Assembly (NCBI GenBank): GCA_977016875.1
Contig: CDRNST010000241.1
Coordinates: forward strand, 1,054,001 to 1,118,000
Reading direction: 5' to 3'
From: Pavona decussata
Lineage: Eukaryota
DNA: 64,000 bases
Shown: positions 52,701 through 61,700 of the stretch, in pieces
Layout: each line of letters opens with the position of its first letter
Numbering within the stretch: the stretch's first letter is position 1
The notes under the pieces: model-generated
Told to the model about the DNA's origin: nothing
The model's input: only the letters and a program-made list of their open reading frames with translations
Database searches by the model: none
Position numbers and translations under genes: made by a program

Positions 52701-55700
52701 GATGACCTGGAGAAGTGCGAACCTCGCCACAAAGAAGTTCAAGATCTTGGTGGTAAGCTACTCGAGGGAATGAATCCGGATTCCACGGAAGCGGTAATGT
52801 TGAAGCAGCAGCTAACGAAAGTGGAACAGTCGTTTACTACCACCTTGGTCAGAGCAAGGAACCGCAAAACACGACTGGAGAAAATTATTGTCTTAATCAT
52901 AGAGTTCACGGAGAAATACGAGGTCCTGATAACTTGGACTGAGGAGATAACCATCGTAATTGAGACCATCCATATTGTGAGGGCAAATCCCACTGCTATA
53001 AAGAGCCAACTGGAAGAAATCGAACACATACAGGAAGACATTGTGAAGCAAAGATCCACTCTCGAGTCCGTGGACGATACTGGGCAGCGGCTGGTTGAAT
53101 GTTGCGATAATGAGCCCGCGGTTGTGATGGAGGTCAGCAGTAGAGTGTCCAACGGAAAAGCCTCGCTGGAGTTACTGTCAGCTAAAGTCGATGACCAGCA
53201 TAACAAACTTTCGGCTGCAGTTTTGCAATCACAGGAATTTCAAGAAACGTTGGATGATTTTGCTGCCAAGTTAGGACAGTTGGAAGGTGATGTAGCCAAG
53301 ATGGGACCCGTGTCTTCCCTGTATGATGTGTTACGCGAACAACACGTGGAAGTTGAACACGCCTCTGCGGATGTCAAGCAACTGGAACCTTTGTTCGAAA
53401 GGATCGCCAAGAATGGCCAAGATATTTTGGAGAGTCTTGACCCTGGAGAGGAGAAGGACGAACTGGAGGAGAAATTAAATGACCTCACTGCTCGGTGGGA
53501 TGCCGTGAAGACGAAGATTGACGATCGTAAATCAAAGATCGAGCAAGTCTCACCTGTAGCAAAGACTCATCATGAATCACTACAGTCTCTTCTCCCCTGG
53601 ATGAGCGACACGGAAGACTGGGTTTCTTCACTCGAGCCTGTCTCTTGTGACGAAAAGGGCATTTCAAAGGAGCAAAAGACACTGGCCACTTTATTAGAAC
53701 AACTTGCCGAACACAAGCCAGAGGTAAGTACATTGAAAACTTGTTAACACACTATCAGCTAGTTAACCCTTTCATTCAGTTATAATGGTATCAAGGTGCA
53801 GATCTGAATTTGTTTTACTCAAGAAACCATGTCAAACGATCAGTAACAGAAGAGTGCTACCGTTAAACAAAAAGCCAAAGGCTTGACTCTGGAATGAACC
53901 ATGACGCATGTTTCAGTATTGATCAAAAAATATTGTTCAGCAAATGTTCGGAGTTGTATCCATTTCGTTCAGGAGCGTTCAACATTTTGTGTAACTTATT
54001 TTGGCATTCAGGACAATATGATAGAAAGTAACAGTGGTCAAAATGTTTTAAAGAACAGTCGCTAGATTTGTTGGGCAACATGCGCTGAACAAGTTGAACG
54101 GTGTGTAGCTTACAGAGGCTTGACAGGAATTTTGAGAAAGATAAAAGGTCAAAACAACCTCAAAAGTTTGTGTCTGTGGCCCGTTTCGAGCTTTCGAATT
54201 CGATGAAAGTTGAATTTCTGTTGAGGAAGATTCTGTGTATGAAATGTTTTCACACCCGGAATGTTACCGGGCCTTACGAGAAACGAGCTCCTACTCCTTA
54301 AACTGGCTTTTAATAACACGCCCAAGGGCCTCAAGCTACAGTTTACTGGGGAGGTATTGTTTTGTTGCTTCATCTTTAAGTGAGAGTTTCTATAACTGTT
54401 TTAAATATGGCAGGTTGACGCGATAAATGACGCAGCTCGTGACCTGCCTGAACTCTGTGATGATGTGCAAGTGGTGCACGCAGAATCAAAGGATGCGAAC
54501 AAGCGATGGGAGGTTCTGACCGCTAATCTGACAGTACGACAGCAGCACCTGGACAGTGTGGCGCGGCTGATGGAACAACTGACACAGCAGCTGCAGCCGA
54601 TCGAGGAAAGGCAGGAAGAAGCACAGGCCATGGCGGATGCACCACTGACTAATCTCACGGATACCGAGAAAGGAGAAGAAGAACTCAGGAAAATAGAGGT
54701 AATAAACTTATCTGACACTTCTTTAGAGAATATCTCAACTATGGAAACTGATTGACATGTTCTCCTGTTTCTAGGCCTTGCTCTCAGTTCTAAAAGGCCA
54801 GGAGCCTGAGCTAAGCGAAGTCAATGACAACCTGTCAATCCTGATGCAGCAAGTCGACGAAAAGACTCCTCCCGCCACCCAGGTCAGGGCTGACGTGTCA
54901 CAGGCAGACCAGAAAAACAAAGACCTCATCGACAAACTTAGCGTGCGCAAAGCCAACCTCGAGGAAGACGTAAAGGACGCGCGCGTGTTCCAGGAATCAC
55001 TGGCGGAAATAGAGGCGTGGTTACCAGAGGCAACTGAACGTGTATCAGCTCAACAGCCAATCAGCACCGACCCTGAGACGGTCAAAAAACAACTGGAGGA
55101 AGCAGAGGTTTGTTTAATATCACTGCTGTTCATAACCTCGTTGGCAATTTTTCTTGTGGGCTCGCCTCGCGTTCTTCCCGCAGTTTGCTAAGATTTTCAC
55201 ACCGTAAAAGCTTAGAACAAAGCTGGAAAAAACTTCTTACTCTTTAGTTTGCATTATAATGAGAAGCAAGTAACATCATAGGAAAGTATTGTTCAGCAGT
55301 TTTCATTTGAACAGTCACACTTTAGGATTTTATCTACAGACATAAGAGTTAGAACCACCTTGTACAACATAATAAACAGCACCACAGGAAAGTACTGCTC
55401 AGTAGCTTTCATTTGAATGGTCACACTTGAGGATTTCATCCATGGGAAAGTAGTGCTTGGTAGCTTTAATATGAATGGTCGCATTTCAGGATTTCATCCT
55501 AGGAAAGTACTGCTCAGTAGCTTTCATTAGAATGGCCACACTGTGGAGTTTCATCTATTGACTTAAAAATGGTAATGTTAATAATGTTATGTTAATAATG
55601 TTAATAATGTAATGTTGACATAATGTTAATGGTGGCACTTTAGGATTTTATCCACTACCTCAAAACGGCTAGAACCGATTTCATGATGTCAAAGTTTGAC

Positions 55701-58700
55701 TCCGAGTTTTTCGTTGTGGCTATTAAAAAATTTAGTGTGTTGTACCTGTTTAATCAATTGCCTGTTGGGTTTCGTGATAAAAAAAAATTAAGACACTTGC
55801 GAACAGTTATATGTCTAGGTTGAAATCTCAGTTTTTTGCTTTTCAGCCAAAATTCGTTAAGAAATTAAGGGCAAATAAAGTGGCTGCTCAGTTATATCCA
55901 ATCAGTTGTCAAGATATTGTATGCCTGTCTGCTTGGGTTCAGGTTTAATGGAATTCGCACGAACTAAACGCATTCTTTTCTTATCAATTGCAGAATATTA
56001 TTATTAAATGAAGTACGTGCAATAGAAATACTTCCTCTTTTGGGTGTTTTGGCAGGCAACCAAAACCGCGCTTCGTTGGAGGTTAAGGCCAATGATTTAG
56101 CATATTAGGGCGGCAACGGTCTGCTGAAGGTAATCCTTTCTAGAGCAATATCGTTAGGTTCGTTCAACGACAGTTTTATTATCACGGCAACGAGAATTTT
56201 ATTTTATCAACAGTAATTTGGCCACCTTAGAGAGATTAGAGAGTTGACATTCGTTTCTACTCTCCACCGACGCAGCACTACGGTTAACACCTTATCTCTT
56301 TATTATTCAGCGATTTATACGTCATCATATTATCCGTTACTCCTGTTAGAACAGAAAAACCGCTTGATCTCGTGCAACAGATTTGTTTGCGATGGACTCC
56401 TGCGCTTTTAATTGGCGATCCTTGTTTCCTGCTGTAGTTATTTTTATTGTTCATTATGCTGCTCTATTTAATCTCGATGCAAATTACAAACAATTTTAAC
56501 AAAACTTGTTGACACACAAGGACGTCGCAATCTGTGACAATTTTACCACAATGCATAAACATTACGTGGTTTGTGAATGCTTCAGTGACTTTAGGAATTT
56601 GCATGTTTCTGTGTGTTCAAATTCTGTTTAGGAATCTGTCCTTTAACGTTTCATTATACAGTTATAGTTGAAACATGTTCGGTGGTTTTAACGTCAGGTC
56701 TGTGAATATCATGAAACTTTACTTTCCAATAAAATCTTTTGAGCAGTTTTGAGGTGGTCTTACTTGAAAGTTGGGGTCGAAAACGCTAGCATTATGATTC
56801 TTTGATTATTCGCTTGGTTTAAGGTCCTTGGAGACCGCTTTTGTATTGGCACCAGTAATAATTAAATGCTGAAACAGGTATCTTATTGTTATATCTATCC
56901 CACATTTGTAAAATGACAAGACACTGCATTTCATTAATTATTCAAAGCACTAACAGTTTGAAAAGTCTGCTATAGTCAAACCTATCGAAATTTCGTGCCA
57001 AAGCAAATACATAACGAACTCGATCGCCGTCAGACTGCGGAGAGCTTAACTATGCATGCAAACGGGATGCGAAGAAATCGATTCCAAGACAGGAAATCAC
57101 GTAGAGTTCGTGGAGAAGTTCTTGTTGTTCCCTCCAACTTGGTTCCCGGTGTCGGCTTAATCCGTGAAGATTTCATCTTGGTAATTATAACTTTGCAATT
57201 GTTGTTGAGGTTTGGCCAAGATTGGTGTGGCACTAAGCCTCTTGTTACTCGCCGTCAAAGTTGTTAACTCACTGCCTGTGGTTCACCAAGGTGAATGAAA
57301 CATTCACGAATCACAGCGGCCGGCGGCGTGTCGAATACTCACGTTTATAGTGTCAAGGAATGCAGTATTTTCTGGAGCATTGTGTAAAGACGATTAATTT
57401 TTGCTCATCTCCAGTATAGCTTCGTATGTGGGAGATAACATTTATTTGAAGTTCAATAGTTTTACTTGTATCACTCGTGCTAACGTTACCTTATTGTCAC
57501 GGTGATACACACAGGTGTCTGGTGTTACGATTTCGTGACATTTTTATGTGACTGAGCTGTTTAATTGTCTTACTGTACGAACAACACATCGTATTGCGCC
57601 AGTTTGTGCGTGTTTACATTGCTTCAAGTTGTTTTCACTTTGTTGTCATCTTTATCATTACTTTTGGGGCGGTTTTTAAACTTATGACCCCACCCAGATA
57701 AAAATATCTACAATGCGGCATGCAGAAGCTCTATCTTGGTTGTATCACAGCGCCGATCGATTGGAAGAAGGAGCTATCATTCTCAATTTCGCATAGGCGT
57801 CTCCTCAAGTTTGCGGTTTATAGGTTCGATGACTTCATGTCAACATTCTTGGGAAAAAAAAAACTTTATGGAACTATTTATTATTTGGAATTTATTCTTT
57901 TGTAAGGAGATTGATTCTCGCTAGTTAAATTTCATTTTTAGAGTAGCATGCGTTTTCTCTTGTGGTAGACCATAAGTTTCAAATCGACAGCGCAAAACAT
58001 TTTTTTTCATTTCAGGTTCGAAATGTTCAACATTTGTCAGAACATTTCACCACTATAAACACAAACAGGAGAAAACACCTGCCATTTGTGTCTCCCGTCT
58101 ACTAGTTCAGAGACGACTAATGAGTTAATACTTGTAGCACTTTACAGCTAGTTTGGTAATTTGCGTGTTTGTTTCTTGGCAAAGGTTCTGAAAGATGACA
58201 TTGCAAAGCACAGGGCGCTGCTGCAAACGGCCGAAAATGCGGGACAAAGGTTGATAGAGAGAAGCCAAGAAGACCCGGCAGTGGTGGCTGATGTCTATAG
58301 CAAACTGTACAAGGTTCGAACGGCACTGGACAAGCTGTCAGCCCGGGCAGACCAGCGCCTGAGTCGCCTTCAGCATGTCTTACTGCAGAGTCAAGAGTTC
58401 CAAGTATCATTTGATGAGTTTCTTGAGAAACTGGGTCGACTGGAAGAAAATGGTGCTCTCCAGGCTCCCGTGTCTGGAGTGTGCGACACGGTCAAAGAAC
58501 AGAACCAACAGCAGAAGGTGGGATAAGTTAATGTCTGTCATTTGAATGTTCACATTTTATTGTTTTATGCTGAGCCAAAACTTGTAAACACCTTGTACAG
58601 CGTAATAAACAGCGTAGCAGAAAAGTACTGGTCAACAGCTTTCATTTCAATGGTCACAGTGAAGGATTTCATCCACAGACTTAAAAGCTGGAATCACCTT

Positions 58701-61700
58701 GTGTAGCATAATAAACAGTACCACAGGAAAGTACTCCTCATTAGCTTTCATTTAACTGGTCACACTTCAGGATTTCATCCACAGACTTAGAAGTTAGAAC
58801 CATCTTGTACAGCATAATAAACAGCATCTCAGGCAAGTACTGCTCAGTAGCTTTCATTTGAATCGTCACACTTTAGGATTTCATCCACAAACCCCAAAAA
58901 TAGAACTGACTTGTGCAGTACTGACTTGTATAATAAACAACACCACAGGAAAGTACTGCTCAGTAGCTTTCATTTGAGTAGATAATGACATTAAATGGTC
59001 ACATTTCGATTTTCTATGGACAGATTTAAAAGTTACGAGTAACAGAAATTAAATGAGTATTTTAGTTTAGAAACATTGCATCATTGTTATTCCTGTTTGC
59101 GTGTACACCAGTATAACCCAGTAAAAGCGAGCTTTCCTGACCTTTTTTTGATTTTCTTCAGTGAAGGTCGAAAAATGGAAGCAAGAGACGACAGCTTTCG
59201 GCGCAATTTGTTATTTAAACCGACGTAACTCTCGTTTAAGAGGTTGGCTTGTTATTAATGTATATTCTCTGATTCTTTCTTAGGTTGTAAACGACACCAT
59301 TCAGCAACAAGAACCTTTGTTTGAACAGCTTGTTCGAGCAGGAAGAAACATTTTGGAAACATCTGAACCAGGTCCAGACAGAGACGCTTTGGAGAGTAAA
59401 TTAAGTGATACTACACAACGGTGGGACTCAGTCAAAAAGCAGACCGCTGAGCGCCAAGAACAGCTTAACCAGGTGCTACCTCTAGCTAAAGATTTTCACG
59501 GTGAGATGCAAGATATTAAACCGTGGCTAAGTGATGCTGAGAAACGCCTCCAGAGTGTTGAGCCAGATGTGTGTGATCAGATATCTATTGACAGGCAGCT
59601 TGAAACATTAGGTGAAATTAGGAAAGAGATTACCGAACGCAAACCGGTTGTTGATGCCGCAAAGGACACCTCTTCGTCCCTTACGGACAGCTGCAGTGCA
59701 GACAAGTATGTGATCGAAGGGGAAGAACAAGATGTTAGAAAACGCTTTGATAATTTGTCTGGTGAAGTATCACGGCTTGAAGACAATCTGGTGACCTTAA
59801 AAGAAGCTTTAGAACAATATAACAAGGCATTGACCCCAGTGGAAGAACTACTGGAGAGCACTGAAAAGACATTGGCCTCCTGCGAACCTACTGGAATAAA
59901 TGTTGAAAAAGGTAAACAGCAGCTAAAGACGATTGAGGATCTGTTATCGGCGCTTATAGCGCATGAACCTGATGTTAACGATTTGACAGACGCTGGAGAT
60001 AAGCTCGCATCTTCTATGGATCCTAAATCAGCAGAAGTGCCTCGTGTCAAGCAGGAGGTGGAAGGTGTGTCTAAACGATATCACGATCTGCTGGAGAGCT
60101 TGAGAAACGAGAAAGATCAACTTGAGAAGGAGACAGAAAAAGCGCTGAAATTCCAGGATGCTTTGCGCAAATTGGAGGAATGGTTACCCAGCGTTGAAGA
60201 CGCTGTAGCGGCTCAGGAACCAATTAGCAGCGACCCGGAAGTGGTCAAACAGCAGCTCCAACAGGCAGAGGTGAGTTTTTGTTCCTGTTACCTTATTGTG
60301 TTTCGTTCTTCTGATTGTAGCTTGCTTCATGTTAAACTTCGATTAATACGCGTGAAAAGCATTGTTTCTTTTTACAATCAGTACAATTCCAGACAATTAG
60401 GTTATCACTGAGGAAAATTCATCGACGAAGGCAATCAAATTTAGGATCTGAAGGTCGGTGGTTCGAGGCCTACATGTAGTCTCTGCCTTCGTGTTGTGTC
60501 CTTGTGTCCTTAGGTAGGTACTGGCGACATGACTAGGGAGAGCAGCAATGCTCGCAGTTGCTTTATGCTACATAAACCCGGTTAAGCCTCAGCTCTGTGG
60601 GCGACTTGTGGCTTTTCAACGACATTTTTAGGCAGTAAAGGCATTAGTAGTTAATTTGGCGCACGTGCTAACCCTGCCCGTGGTCCTTATTATTAGTCAT
60701 GTCCGTAGCTTTAACTTCTTTCTTTTGCCCTGGCAGGCTCTGCGAGATGAAATAGCACAAAACAAAGCGCTTGTGGACACACTGGAGGATACAGGCAAGG
60801 ATATAATAGCAGACAGCAGTGAAGATCCTCAAGTGGTGAGAGACGTGCGGGGAGAACTGAACAAGATCGTTGCACCCGTTGATGTCATCCTACGTAAACT
60901 TGCTGAACGTCAAGTTAAGCTTCAGAACGCTCTGCTCCGCTCACAAGAGTTCCAGGTTAGTCTGGTCACAATTGCATTGTCCAGGCTTCTCGAAAATTAA
61001 TTAAAGGTTTACCACGATTTCTATGACAAGAGAAGGCTTGAACGTGATCGGTTAGAATTGTAGGGTTGTTGGTGTGGCCGTCTGTTAGAATAATAACTCA
61101 TACAAATCCCTCAAAGATCTTTACGAATGTCCAACGTTAATCGAGCTGTTAATTTCTCATATAAGAAAAGAAACTGGCTAAAACAAAACGGAGAAAATTT
61201 TCATGGTTATTCTTTGTTCAAGTTGGGAAGAAGTCAAAGCAAAAACGCGGGACAAAAGTGAAGCTATTCCAGGAGAAACTTGAACGTGACTTTGGGTGAG
61301 AACGCCGGATAGCAGATGGAATACAGACAATATACGTCGGACTTCAGCGGACGGCCAAAGAAATTGTCCCCTCATTTTTCTGTCATTTGGTTTCAGGTTT
61401 CTTGTGATGACTTCATGGGTAAGCTAGACGCATTTGAAGAACAGCTGACGAAACAAGAACCCATCTCAGCTGTGTATGAAACCGTACAAACTCAGCGACA
61501 AGAGAATGAGGCGTTACAGAAAGAACTGGCACTGCAGGATCCAGTACTCGAGAAACTTGTTCAAAATGGACAACAAGTCGTTGATGCACTGGAAGACGCG
61601 CCAGAGAGGGAAGCTATGGAACAAAAGATCAATGAACTAAAGACAAGATGGCAGGCGGTGAAGGCAAAGGCTGATGACCGTCAGAATCAGCTCGATAAGG

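Noticed and set aside
50565-53733. Minus-strand ORFs over exon 40 and other exons
   Set aside because: Ser/Leu/Phe-rich antisense shadows of Glu/Lys/Gln-rich coding sequence.
56995-57267. Short ORFs on both strands in intron 42
   Set aside because: No recognisable domain, non-ATG starts, and no in-frame splice route to the rod.
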